Shown here one piece after another: positions 50,216-59,228 of a stretch of 64,000 nucleotides of DNA (positions are counted from its first letter, which is position 1; every line of letters starts with the position of its first letter). The notes below the pieces were generated by a model. The model was not told the origin of the DNA, searched no databases, and was given only the letters and a program-made list of their open reading frames with translations. Source of the DNA: Bacteriovoracia bacterium (lineage in GTDB: Bacteria; Bdellovibrionota; UBA1018; JBFWNL01). The stretch is from positions 1 to 64,000 of the forward strand of contig JBFWNL010000003.1 in assembly GCA_050251055.1 (NCBI GenBank), in the 5' to 3' direction. Made by a program: the position numbers and the translations under genes.

Positions 50216-51049
50216 TCATGAACCTTCGTTCAGAATTTCGTGTGATTCGAGCTCCTTGCAAACTCCCACGAACAGCAACGGCACTAGGCGTGGATCCTGG
50301 GACGGGGTCTTCAGCACGACGTGCGACTGCACCCACTGCTTAAGCAGGCGCAGCTGTTCGCGCGCGGCACGGGCGATCTCCGGCTGCACGAGCTGAAAGG
50401 CGTAGGAAATCTCCTGTCGCTCGCTCCCCTCCTTGGACATATAGAGGGTCACCTGATTCAAGATGAACTCGTGAGCCTTGGAAACGATTCGCGGATTCGA
50501 GGAGCCGAACTTTGGCAGCCGGTAGAGCACGCTGCTCGGCCGGATATACTTATCGTCGACCTCGATCAGCTCCAAATCAGCCATCTGGGCGAGCAGTTTC
50601 CTGGAAAGCTTGATTTCCTGCTTCGGCACCCGCTCCACCAGGATCAAACGGCGATAGAATCGCATCGCGTCCGGCGTCTGCGTGAGAAAGTCCAGCTGCG
50701 CTTCACTATAAGAGCGGTGATCACGGGCATCCCATTCGAAACGCCCCTCCTCCAGCGACTGCGTGAGGTTTTTGGCCAGGTACTTCTGCAGCGGCGCCGA
50801 CGAAGCATCGTCCGCCAAATGAGAACTAAAATAAGCCTGAATGAGGACGTGGCGCGAGGCCGCGGGCTCGTGATTGAAGATCGCCGACAGCAATTTCGGC
50901 GTAGGGGCCTGCTTGCCGCTTTCGACATTTTGAAACTGACGGAAGGAAATCCCGAGTTTCTTCTCGCCGCCGTACCACTGGTACAGCTCGCTCACCGATT
51001 GGAAGTTTTGTTTCCCGCGCCTTTCCCGTAAAAATTCAGAGAAATTCAT
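50216..51049 (-). CDS. XRE-like HTH transcriptional regulator with C-terminal putative sensor domain
   Basis: FSEFLRERR...LGISFRQFQNVESGKQAPT; RBS AGGAG; 4 nt from the MFS start. Confidence 0.8.
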   Translation of the reverse strand: MNFSEFLRERRGKQNFQSVSELYQWYGGEKKLGISFRQFQNVESGKQAPTPKLLSAIFNHEPAASRHVLIQAYFSSHLADDASSAPLQKYLAKNLTQSLEEGRFEWDARDHRSYSEAQLDFLTQTPDAMRFYRRLILVERVPKQEIKLSRKLLAQMADLELIEVDDKYIRPSSVLYRLPKFGSSNPRIVSKAHEFILNQVTLYMSKEGSERQEISYAFQLVQPEIARAAREQLRLLKQWVQSHVVLKTPSQDPRLVPLLFVGVCKELESHEILNEGS

Positions 51050-51062
51050 GGCCTACTCCTAC

Positions 51063-51101
51063 TTGGAAATAAAATTTCCAACAAGGAAAATTTATTTCAA
51101 A
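51063..51101. promoter_or_regulatory. Tandem palindromic operators TTGGAAAT-AAA-ATTTCCAA and AAGGAAAA-TTT-ATTTCAAA
   Basis: Two 19-bp copies with 20-bp periodicity in the divergent promoter region; TTGACG at 51109-51114. Confidence 0.72.
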
Positions 51102-51162
51102 AGGGGGATTGACGAGCGGCTTTTGACTATGGCATCCCCTCTGGCGTGGGGAGATGGAATCA

Positions 51163-51384
51163 ATGAAAAACAAATACGTGTTGGTAGTGGTGCTGCTCGC
51201 ATCGGGATCAGCTTGGGCGAACGGCGGGGATGGAAACCGCGGTAACCCCCGGGACGGCAATCCGGATCGCGCGCGCGCCACGTTCGATGTCTCGAAAGAG
51301 AAAGCCTCGGCCAAGGACTTCGGTCTGATCAAAAACCCGATTTCGGGTAAGTCAGATCGCCGTCTCGGCGCCGAAGGCAACTAA
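51163..51384 (+). CDS. 73-aa secreted peptide
   Basis: Signal peptide MKNKYVLVVVLLASGSAWA; polar mature part with DGN/GNP repeats. Confidence 0.7.
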   Translation: MKNKYVLVVVLLASGSAWANGGDGNRGNPRDGNPDRARATFDVSKEKASAKDFGLIKNPISGKSDRRLGAEGN

Positions 51385-51408
51385 GCAAAAAACCGAGGGG
51401 AAACCCTC

Positions 51409-51480
51409 AAAAATAAAAAGGCCCATGCTCGAAGAACTCTAGGCTGTAACCTAGAGAAAGCACAGGCCGGTATTGCTACC
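51409..51480 (-). ncRNA. Candidate cis-antisense RNA in the operon leader
   Basis: Minus-strand TTGAAG-17-TATACG (51515-51487); long hairpin 51420-51468, then TTTTTATTTTT on minus. Confidence 0.35.
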
Positions 51481-51603
51481 AAGTTCCGTATACCGGATCC
51501 ATCGCACTTCTTCAAGCACTCGAAACGGGAAGACGATTTACCTGCCACATCGGTGGTTTGCGCCTTCGTGTTTCCGGGCCTTCAACTGAAGGAGGAAGAG
51601 CAG

Positions 51604-53286
51604 ATGAAGTCCGTAATCAATAAAACCCTAGGAAAGACCGTGTCGGGCCTGGTGTCCGTCAGCGTCGCCCTGAGCGCGGCGGCGCCGGCGTGGGCCGTGC
51701 CCACGGCATACCCGCGCCACGCGATCCCGACCGATTTAGTGAATCTCACTAGCTCATCGGCGCTCGCCGATAGCGAGCTGACCAAGCAGTACTACGTCAT
51801 GCCGCCGATGAGCGGCGTGGCTAAGCTGGCAGATCCGAAGGTTCATAGCGCGAATCTAGGATTTTGCGATGAGATGGTGGATCTCCAAGGCATGACCCGC
51901 GAGCTAGCGAAGCGAGTCGGCGAGCTGTCCCTCAAGATGACGGAACAGGGCGAAGAGATCATTAAGCTTAAGGTAAAGGCAGACGCCGCCGAGGCCAAAG
52001 CCGCGCAAAAAGCCGCCGAGAGCGAAGACCTACAGAAGGTGCAGGAACTCGCGAACCGCGTCGACGACATCGAAGACCGACTGACGAAGCTCTACGAAAT
52101 GCAACAAGGCGGATGCGAAGGCGAAGCCTGCGAAAACATCTCGAAGGAAATCGCCGATCTCCAGGCCGAGAAGCGAAACCTGGTGAAAGAGCTCGACGGG
52201 ATCCGGGATGTCATTCGTTCCGATTACAAAGCCTACATGCGGCTGCGAGCCCAGGCGACGGTAGCCCGCAAGGCGGTCAATAACGCCAAGGATACCTACC
52301 TGCAGCTCTCGATCCAGGCCGCCGAAAGCCGCCGGACGATCTTCGATATGTATTCAGATTTCGCCAAGCTGGAAGGGGGCTACGCGAACATCAATTATGA
52401 CTCCGGATTCGAGGAAAACATCGTCGAGCTGCGAAAAATGAACCCCCAGTACCAGTTCACGGCCATCCCGACGGCGGACGCGCGCATCAATGCCGCGCTC
52501 ATCGCGGGCGGCGGCGCCAAGGACTCGTATCTCGCCAGCCTACCGGCGGTCCTCGATTACACGATCGACGGCGTGGCGTACTTGCCCTGGGGCGCGAAGG
52601 AAGACGTTTCGCTTCCCGCGTATCCCAGCAAGGTAACGGCGGGCTTGCGCTTGAGCCTCGTGGGCGCGTGCCCCATCCACAAGCCGAAACTCTTCAAAGT
52701 GGATCGCGACGCGACCGGACTTCCGCTCTTCAGCATCGCCACCACCTACGAGTATCCGGCGGCGTTCCGGCAGCGCGTTTCGTTCAAATACAATCTGTAC
52801 AAGTTCTACAGCATCTTGCACGAGCAAGGTTCGAAGGGGGGATTCTTCTCTTCTTCGAGCTGGAACCGCACGACCGAGAACAACATCGTGCGCGACGGCT
52901 TTGAGATGGATTGGAAGAACGAAGACGGCACCGACACCTTGAAGCTCGAACAAAAACGCGAAATCGAGGCGATCGTGAAAGCCGAACTGCTGGAGCGCGC
53001 GCTCAAGGCATTGGCTTCACCCACCTTCGACACGCCGACCAAGCCCGGTGAGGCGCCGCCGGTTCCGGCGAACGGGGCAATGGTGCTGGCGAAGGGACTG
53101 CAGAAAACCTGCGGTTTCTTCAGCTTCTACTGCGTGGGCGGCTCGTGGCTGCTCAAGGGGCTAAGCGCGATCTTTGGCAGCTCGCGCAGCTCGGCGGAGT
53201 TCAAGCGGACCAACGACATCGTGATTTCCGAAACCTGGAAGTTCGATGAAGTGCACATGAAACCCGGCGTAACCGCCTATCGCTAA
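51604..53286 (+). CDS. Secreted protein with long coiled-coil hairpin and beta-rich C-domain
   Basis: RBS AAGGAGG; signal peptide ending APAWA; about 170-aa heptad region with CEGEAC; C-terminal TCGFFSFYC and amphipathic helix. Confidence 0.85.
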   Translation: MKSVINKTLGKTVSGLVSVSVALSAAAPAWAVPTAYPRHAIPTDLVNLTSSSALADSELTKQYYVMPPMSGVAKLADPKVHSANLGFCDEMVDLQGMTRELAKRVGELSLKMTEQGEEIIKLKVKADAAEAKAAQKAAESEDLQKVQELANRVDDIEDRLTKLYEMQQGGCEGEACENISKEIADLQAEKRNLVKELDGIRDVIRSDYKAYMRLRAQATVARKAVNNAKDTYLQLSIQAAESRRTIFDMYSDFAKLEGGYANINYDSGFEENIVELRKMNPQYQFTAIPTADARINAALIAGGGAKDSYLASLPAVLDYTIDGVAYLPWGAKEDVSLPAYPSKVTAGLRLSLVGACPIHKPKLFKVDRDATGLPLFSIATTYEYPAAFRQRVSFKYNLYKFYSILHEQGSKGGFFSSSSWNRTTENNIVRDGFEMDWKNEDGTDTLKLEQKREIEAIVKAELLERALKALASPTFDTPTKPGEAPPVPANGAMVLAKGLQKTCGFFSFYCVGGSWLLKGLSAIFGSSRSSAEFKRTNDIVISETWKFDEVHMKPGVTAYR

Positions 53287-53303
53287 TCGGAAGGAGCCTA
53301 ACC

Positions 53304-54350
53304 ATGAAATCCAAAACGCAGATGATCGTGGCGGCTCTGATCGCAGTCATGGGAGTGGGGCTTGCCCCCACTCCCGGGCTCGAGCAGAGCGTTGCTCAGG
53401 CCGATGAAGCCGCGCAGGAAATCGTGACTTCGTCCGGAGGGATTTATGCCTACGCCCGCGTTGGGAAAAAGGTGGTCGTCGTACCGTCGGCAAACTCCGC
53501 TCGGCTTCGATTGGAAAATCCTTCGTCGCGGCCGGTATGCGCGGACTTCGAGACCGAGATGAACCTGCGCCTGCAGTACGTCCGCTCGGTGTGCGGGGCC
53601 ATCGGGGGACGGCCCCCGCGCGGCTCGGAGGGCGCCTGCCGACAGGCAAAGGCCGATCTCGACCGCTCCCGTTACGCGCCGGTTTTCGGGTCCTCCGCCG
53701 TTTACACGTTGGCCGTGGACGGCCAGCGCCCCGTCAGCCCGGAGGATGCGCGTGAGCTCGAAACCCAGCTCTCCTCGCGCCTGCGGGTGTTGCCGAACCA
53801 GGTTCTGGTGTTTCCGGTCACGGCAAACTTCGGTCCCTGGCAAGGAGCCGAACTAAAAGTCAGTGAAGACGCCTGGTCCAGAAAGTTCGAGGCATGGGGC
53901 TTGGCCAGCCGTCCTTTGCGGGTGAGCGGCCTTGAAATCACGGTCGAAGGCGCGGAAGTGATCTGTGACTTGCGTGCGGGCCGGGCAAACCTGGAGACCC
54001 AGGCGCCCGTGGAGATGAATCTCAATTCGGACTATCTCTTTGAAGTCGACTTGGCCTGGAACATCCGCGAAAGCCTACGGGCCATGACCGAGGGAAGCGA
54101 TTGGAGCCCGCTCGAGAAAGCGGCCGGGCTTGGAATCGATATCTCCTACCTGCTCAAACAGTCGGGTCGGGGCAAGGACTTGGCGGAGTTAAAGTCCCTC
54201 ACGCTAGACCTCGTTCGCATCCTCTATGATGGCGAGCTCCGGATGCGGCCGTTCGCCGATCGGACACAGATGGAGCTGGCGTACTTCAACCGAACCGCCC
54301 GTGTCGTCACCCGGTACATAGGCCGCCACGACGAAGGAGACCCAGAATGA
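53304..54350 (+). CDS. Secreted hypothetical protein, possible distant paralog of the upstream gene
   Basis: RBS AAGGAG; signal peptide; colinear motif similarity. Confidence 0.8.
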   Translation: MKSKTQMIVAALIAVMGVGLAPTPGLEQSVAQADEAAQEIVTSSGGIYAYARVGKKVVVVPSANSARLRLENPSSRPVCADFETEMNLRLQYVRSVCGAIGGRPPRGSEGACRQAKADLDRSRYAPVFGSSAVYTLAVDGQRPVSPEDARELETQLSSRLRVLPNQVLVFPVTANFGPWQGAELKVSEDAWSRKFEAWGLASRPLRVSGLEITVEGAEVICDLRAGRANLETQAPVEMNLNSDYLFEVDLAWNIRESLRAMTEGSDWSPLEKAAGLGIDISYLLKQSGRGKDLAELKSLTLDLVRILYDGELRMRPFADRTQMELAYFNRTARVVTRYIGRHDEGDPE

Positions 54351-54637
54351 ACCGAGACTGGCTAGTGATCGCCGCGGGTGGACTCGCCTGGGCGCTCGTT
54401 GGATGCGGGAAGACGCCGGGGAATCCCTCCCCCGGCGGATTTCCCGCACCCGGGGCGCCCGCCCTTCGGCAGTGCGTGGCGCAAGCCCCTGTCCTGCCCT
54501 GCGGGGAAAGCCTGGAGAATGCGGTGTTGTATTTCGTGGAACTGCGAGAGCGATGCGCGGATGGAACTGACGAAGCTGACCGCCAGCTTCTGCGGCTGGC
54601 AAAGGAAATGGAAACTGACTGCGAGAGGAAAAGATGA
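54347..54637 (+). CDS. Small Cys-rich lipoprotein
   Basis: ATGA overlap; lipobox LVGC; four further Cys. Confidence 0.7.
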   Translation: MNRDWLVIAAGGLAWALVGCGKTPGNPSPGGFPAPGAPALRQCVAQAPVLPCGESLENAVLYFVELRERCADGTDEADRQLLRLAKEMETDCERKR

Positions 54638-55032
54638 AAACGAAATTTAGCATAATCGTGCTTTTAGCGGCGGCCCTGGCTGCCACGTTCGTGAGTGCCG
54701 GCCGCTCCACGAAGGAAAACGGTGTCCTAGACCACGCCCCCCGGAATGCGGAAACACCCCAAACGCCTTCCGGGGGCGTTACCACCGTGCCCGCGGCGAC
54801 CCCGAGGGCTGCGCCGCCGTCGCGCGGTAGCCTGGGGGAAACCCTCGTGGCGTTGCGAGAAAAAAGCCCGGCCGAGCTCCATAGCCTGCTGGCGGAATCC
54901 GAAGAAGCCCTGGATCGCGGTGACTACTTCAACCGGGCCAATCGCGACGAACTGGACGCCGAGGAGCGAGCGACGCTCACGGCTTGGGTCCGCACGCGGG
55001 CGATGATCCGCTACCTGCTGGCGACCCGTTAA
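54634..55032 (+). CDS. Membrane-anchored/secreted helical protein
   Basis: ATGA overlap; N-terminal hydrophobic segment, Pro-rich linker. Confidence 0.7.
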   Translation: MKTKFSIIVLLAAALAATFVSAGRSTKENGVLDHAPRNAETPQTPSGGVTTVPAATPRAAPPSRGSLGETLVALREKSPAELHSLLAESEEALDRGDYFNRANRDELDAEERATLTAWVRTRAMIRYLLATR

Positions 55033-55528
55033 GCCACTGCAGGATCGCGACATCGAGCTGGCGGTTGAATTTCAGGCCGACTTCACGCAAGGTTCCGACG
55101 TGAAAGAAACCTGCCTCCTGGTGCAACCGCACGCTGTGATCGTTGCCCTCGGTGATTCGAGCCAAAATCGCGTGGATGCCGACGCGCTTGGCTTCGGTTA
55201 AAAGTCGCGCGAGCAATGCCCGCCCGATCCCGCGCCGCTGGAAGTCCGGGTGTACGTAAACGGAGTTTTCCGCGGTGGCGGAATACGCGCAGCGGTCCGA
55301 GTACGAGTTCAAGGAGGCCCAACCGCTGATTTTAGCGGCGGAGCCGGATGCGCCCGGGTGGGTTGAAACGAAGATCGGGTGCCGGGGGCCATGCCCTTCG
55401 AACCAGGCACGCTGCTGCTCCACCGTCTTCACTTCGGTATCGAAAGTCGCCGTCGTGTGCTGGATCGCGTGATTGTAAATTTCCGTAATCGCGGGTACGT
55501 CGGCTCCCGTGGCCAACCGAATTTCCAC
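54977..55528 (-). CDS. GNAT N-acetyltransferase (YncA/MddA/Pat-like)
   Basis: IYNHAI..TTATF, ENSVYV...QRRGIG, N..S..LH...GF..VG.LREVG.KF. Confidence 0.92.
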   Translation of the reverse strand: MEIRLATGADVPAITEIYNHAIQHTTATFDTEVKTVEQQRAWFEGHGPRHPIFVSTHPGASGSAAKISGWASLNSYSDRCAYSATAENSVYVHPDFQRRGIGRALLARLLTEAKRVGIHAILARITEGNDHSVRLHQEAGFFHVGTLREVGLKFNRQLDVAILQWLNGSPAGSGSSPACGPKP

Positions 55529-55545
55529 TTTTTAGGGGTCCTGAT

Positions 55546-55911
55546 TTATTTCAAAATGCTAACGACCGTCGCGGTCGTACGATCCGTGAGCTTCGCGGTC
55601 TTGTCCCAGGCTTCGGCCTGGACTTCACCGTAGAAAGTCACGACGACGGCGCAATAACGGCCCTCTTTGTCCACGACCGTGGCGTAGTGGCCCGCGTTCT
55701 TGCTGCGATAGTCAGGGGAAATTTCAACGTGCATGTTCTTCAATTGATCGGCCGTGGCGCCGGTGACCTTGCCACAAACTTCAGCCATGCGACCACCGCG
55801 AATGACTTCATAAAACGAAGTGATCTCGACTTTGACCTCTGCCTGCGCGATGGCCGACGAAAATCCCGCCCAAATCAATAGTCCGAAAGTGATCTTGGAA
55901 ATCTTCTTCAT
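55546..55911 (-). CDS. Secreted small beta-sandwich hypothetical protein
   Basis: Signal peptide ending AQA; AEVCGKV, GRYC; RBS GGAGG. Confidence 0.8.
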   Translation of the reverse strand: MKKISKITFGLLIWAGFSSAIAQAEVKVEITSFYEVIRGGRMAEVCGKVTGATADQLKNMHVEISPDYRSKNAGHYATVVDKEGRYCAVVVTFYGEVQAEAWDKTAKLTDRTTATVVSILK

Positions 55912-56011
55912 AGCGCCCTCCGTGGGTTGATGCTCCTTAGGGTACCCTAGAATTCCCGAACGGGTGACGGAAAAAACGGGTGAGGCAACGGCACCACCCC
56001 GCGTTACGAGG

Positions 56012-56842
56012 CTACATCGTGGCGGATTTTTCCTCGATCTGCACGGCCCGGTTCATCACCTTATAAGCCAGCCACAGCGCAAAGTAGCGGGGGACCAGGC
56101 GCGGGAAGAAACACGCCAACTTATTCAGTAGCCCGGGAATGACAATCGCCTTGCGCGAGAACATCCCGTTCAGGGCGATCCGTACCACCTCGGAAGCGAG
56201 CATCATCGTCGACTGGCCCGACTCGGTGATTTTCTGGCCGGACTGCTGGAAGAATTCGGTCGTCGTGCCGCCCGGGCAGAGGCAGGTGATATGCACGTTC
56301 GTACCCTGCAGCTCCCAATTCAAGGTTTCCGAAAACTGACGCACAAAGCCCTTGGCGCCCGAGTATGTCACGAAGTTCGCCACGCCTTGGAAAGCCGCGA
56401 TGGAGGCGACGTTCGTGATGAAACTCGGCTTACGATGCGTGAGCATGTGCTGAATAAAGCGATACGTCAGCTCCATCAAAGCGGTGCAATCTACCTGGAT
56501 GGTATCGAGGTGGCGCTGCAGCGGGCGCTGCATAAACGGCCCGTAGCTGCCGATACCCGCGTTGTTGATCAGGACATTCACGAACTTTCCGCCCTCGGTG
56601 ACGGCATTGAAAAGCTTCTCGCCCGCGTCGCTTTGACAAAGATCGACGGACACGACCTGAACCTCGACGGAGCACTTCTCACGGAGGTCCTTGGCGAGGG
56701 CTTCCAACCGATCCGTTCGGCGAGCCGTGATGACCAGGTCGGCGCCTCGCTCCGCGAGCTGACGGGCGAACTCTTCACCGATACCACTGGAAGCTCCGGT
56801 GACGAGGGCGCGATAACCTTTCAGATCTTTTCGGTCAAACAT
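56012..56842 (-). CDS. Short-chain dehydrogenase/reductase
   Basis: TGASSGIG, NNAG, YSGAK, CPG.T.TEF. Confidence 0.95.
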   Translation of the reverse strand: MFDRKDLKGYRALVTGASSGIGEEFARQLAERGADLVITARRTDRLEALAKDLREKCSVEVQVVSVDLCQSDAGEKLFNAVTEGGKFVNVLINNAGIGSYGPFMQRPLQRHLDTIQVDCTALMELTYRFIQHMLTHRKPSFITNVASIAAFQGVANFVTYSGAKGFVRQFSETLNWELQGTNVHITCLCPGGTTTEFFQQSGQKITESGQSTMMLASEVVRIALNGMFSRKAIVIPGLLNKLACFFPRLVPRYFALWLAYKVMNRAVQIEEKSATM

Positions 56843-56846
56843 TAGC

Positions 56847-57584
56847 TTACCTACCTTGGGGGCCGATCCTACTCCAAAGTAAAGCCCGGGTCAAAATCAC
56901 GTGCCCGGCCAGGGCCCCGCCTACGCAGACGGGGGCAATCCAAACGTACGGCAAGTGAAAAGCTAGCTGCAGTGGGGGGTCCACCGGCCAAGCAAAAGGC
57001 AGCGGCGAAGAAAAGACCACGACCCGCAGGACGTTCATCAGGAGCCCAAAACCCACAAGATTCGCGACCCATGCCACCGCCTTGGATCGGCTCGCGAACG
57101 GAACCGCGGCCAGGGCAACGATCCCGCTAATAATATCGAAATTCGCGCCCATCGCTCCCGACCAGGTCATCGATTCGGGAATCGTTCCGCTCCCCACCCA
57201 GGCGTGCAGCACGAGCTCCAGCGGCAGGCGAAATGCCTGGAACCCGACGAGCGCCGCGATCGGAAGCCCCCGTGCGATCATCCCCCCGACGGGCGAGAGA
57301 CCAAAACCCACGGAAAGGATCGTCAGCACGGCAAACATCATCGGCAAGCGGGGCATGGGGGAGGCCTCGGCGAACCCGCTCGCGGCCGCCAGCGAAACGA
57401 CGCCCACCCAAAGGGCGAGGCCCGTGGCAACCCTTCCCGTAATACGCCCGGCGGGGCGACCCGTACGACGAGCCGCCCAGTGCGTGCCCGAAAGCACCGC
57501 GACGACCACGGCGGCTACGATCACTAGAAATGAAATGACGGAAAGCGGGGTCGCGGGCGTGAACACCATCGCCGCGGAACTCAA
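56847..57584 (-). CDS. Multi-pass membrane hypothetical protein
   Basis: About 7 TMs; [17 protein letters not shown]. Confidence 0.8.
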   Translation of the reverse strand: MSSAAMVFTPATPLSVISFLVIVAAVVVAVLSGTHWAARRTGRPAGRITGRVATGLALWVGVVSLAAASGFAEASPMPRLPMMFAVLTILSVGFGLSPVGGMIARGLPIAALVGFQAFRLPLELVLHAWVGSGTIPESMTWSGAMGANFDIISGIVALAAVPFASRSKAVAWVANLVGFGLLMNVLRVVVFSSPLPFAWPVDPPLQLAFHLPYVWIAPVCVGGALAGHVILTRALLWSRIGPQGR

Positions 57585-58555
57585 CCCTTACCCCGAGTCT
57601 TCGTGAGACCCGGCTTGGCGTGCTTTTCGATGAACTCGATGACTTTGGCGGCGACGTCGACGCCCGAAGCACCCTCGATGCCTTCAAGACCGGGTGAAGA
57701 ATTCACCTCCATAATGAGCGGACCGTGGTTCGATCGCAGCATGTCCACGCCAGCCACGTTCAAGCCCATGACCTTCGCCGCGCGGATCGCGGTGGAGCGC
57801 TCTTCCGGCGTGATTTGCACTTTCGACGCCGACCCGCCGCGATGCAAGTTGGAGCGGAACTCCCCCTGCTTCCCTTTACGCATCATCGTCGCGACTACTT
57901 TGCCACCGACCACGAAGCAGCGGATGTCAGCGCCGCCGGCCTCCTTCACGAATTCCTGCACCAGAAAGTGCGCGTCCAGGCCGCGGAACGCGTCGATCAC
58001 GCTTTCGGCCGCCTGGCGGGTTTCGGTGAGCACCACGCCCACCCCGTGCGTGCCCTCGAGCAGCTTGATGATCAGCGGGGTTCCCCCGATCAAGTTCATC
58101 ATGTCCTGGGTGTCGTCGGGAGAGTGACCGAACGCGGTGATCGGTAGACCGATCCCCTTTCGCGAAAGTAGCTGCAAGGAGCGCAACTTGTCGCGCGCGC
58201 GCGTGATTCCTTGCGATTCATTCACGCAGTAGACGTTCATCATTTCGAACTGGCGCACGACCGCGGTGCCGTAGAACGTGATCGAGGCGCCGATGCGCGG
58301 AATGATCGCATCGAAGCCCTCGAGCATCTTTCCTTTATAGTGAATGGCCGGCTTGTGGGCGACGATCTTCATGTAACAGCGAAGGGGATCGATGATCTGG
58401 ACGATGTGCCCGCGCTTTTCGGCGGCTTCGACCAGCCGCCGCGTCGAGTAAAGACTCGACTTGCGGGAAAGGATGCCGATCTTCATTTGCTTCGGGTGCC
58501 TGGGGTGTCTCGAGGGCTTGGCGTTCCGCTTCGGGCCAGTTTTCTTGGTGGTCAT
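57581..58555 (-). CDS. rimK: 30S ribosomal protein S6-L-glutamate ligase
   Basis: [43 protein letters not shown]. Confidence 0.96.
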   Translation of the reverse strand: MTTKKTGPKRNAKPSRHPRHPKQMKIGILSRKSSLYSTRRLVEAAEKRGHIVQIIDPLRCYMKIVAHKPAIHYKGKMLEGFDAIIPRIGASITFYGTAVVRQFEMMNVYCVNESQGITRARDKLRSLQLLSRKGIGLPITAFGHSPDDTQDMMNLIGGTPLIIKLLEGTHGVGVVLTETRQAAESVIDAFRGLDAHFLVQEFVKEAGGADIRCFVVGGKVVATMMRKGKQGEFRSNLHRGGSASKVQITPEERSTAIRAAKVMGLNVAGVDMLRSNHGPLIMEVNSSPGLEGIEGASGVDVAAKVIEFIEKHAKPGLTKTRGKG

Positions 58556-59064
58556 TTGTGCACGGAGCTCCCTGAGGTTCGGCGCTTACGCGACTTTTCG
58601 CCGGAAAATTTACGGGGCGGTTTGCCCAGCAGGTATGAAGACGCGGGACTAATGAGGCAGCGCTGGCTCAGCGCCGTGCGGCCCAAGAGCAATCGGAAAT
58701 TCATGGTGGAGCGATTCGTGAGCGTGAGCTCGATCGGCCAGTCGCGCGCGCCCATATGGAGCCGCGTGCGGATCACGACCCGCTCTTCGCGTTGCCCGCC
58801 CGAGTTGGCGACCACGCGGTGTTCAATGACCTTCGCCACGCAGGCCACCTCGCGCGTGGTCTTACGCTGCAGGGCATAGACCTGGAAACGCACCTTCAAT
58901 ACGCCCTTTTGGGTGAAGAGCTCAATGCCATGGGCGTGCAGCGCCGACGTGCGGGCGCCAGTGTCGACTTTTGCCTTGATGCAAGGGATGCCGAGGTCGG
59001 GAAAGCCCACCCACTCGCGCCATCCGATCTTCATCTTCAGTGGTCTTTTAGCCGTCTCGGTCAT
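58552..59064 (-). CDS. RimK-associated retropepsin-like protease (RimB-like)
   Basis: [37 protein letters not shown]. Confidence 0.92.
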   Translation of the reverse strand: MTETAKRPLKMKIGWREWVGFPDLGIPCIKAKVDTGARTSALHAHGIELFTQKGVLKVRFQVYALQRKTTREVACVAKVIEHRVVANSGGQREERVVIRTRLHMGARDWPIELTLTNRSTMNFRLLLGRTALSQRCLISPASSYLLGKPPRKFSGEKSRKRRTSGSSVHK

Positions 59065-59228
59065 ACGGGTACGTGCTTCTTGGATCCAGCCCCTTGGTTC
59101 GGCAGTTTTTCGCAGTTTCCCAAGCTTAACGCAACGCTTATATCGTGTTTTTTCTACATTTTTTCATTCTTTTCCTGGGGCGACCACTGCAAAATGGCGC
59201 CAAGATACCGAAAAGCTCTGGGTACCCT

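Noticed and set aside
55940-55990. TAGGGTACCCTA palindrome and AACGGGTGA direct repeat
   Set aside because: Too short and too few copies to support a call
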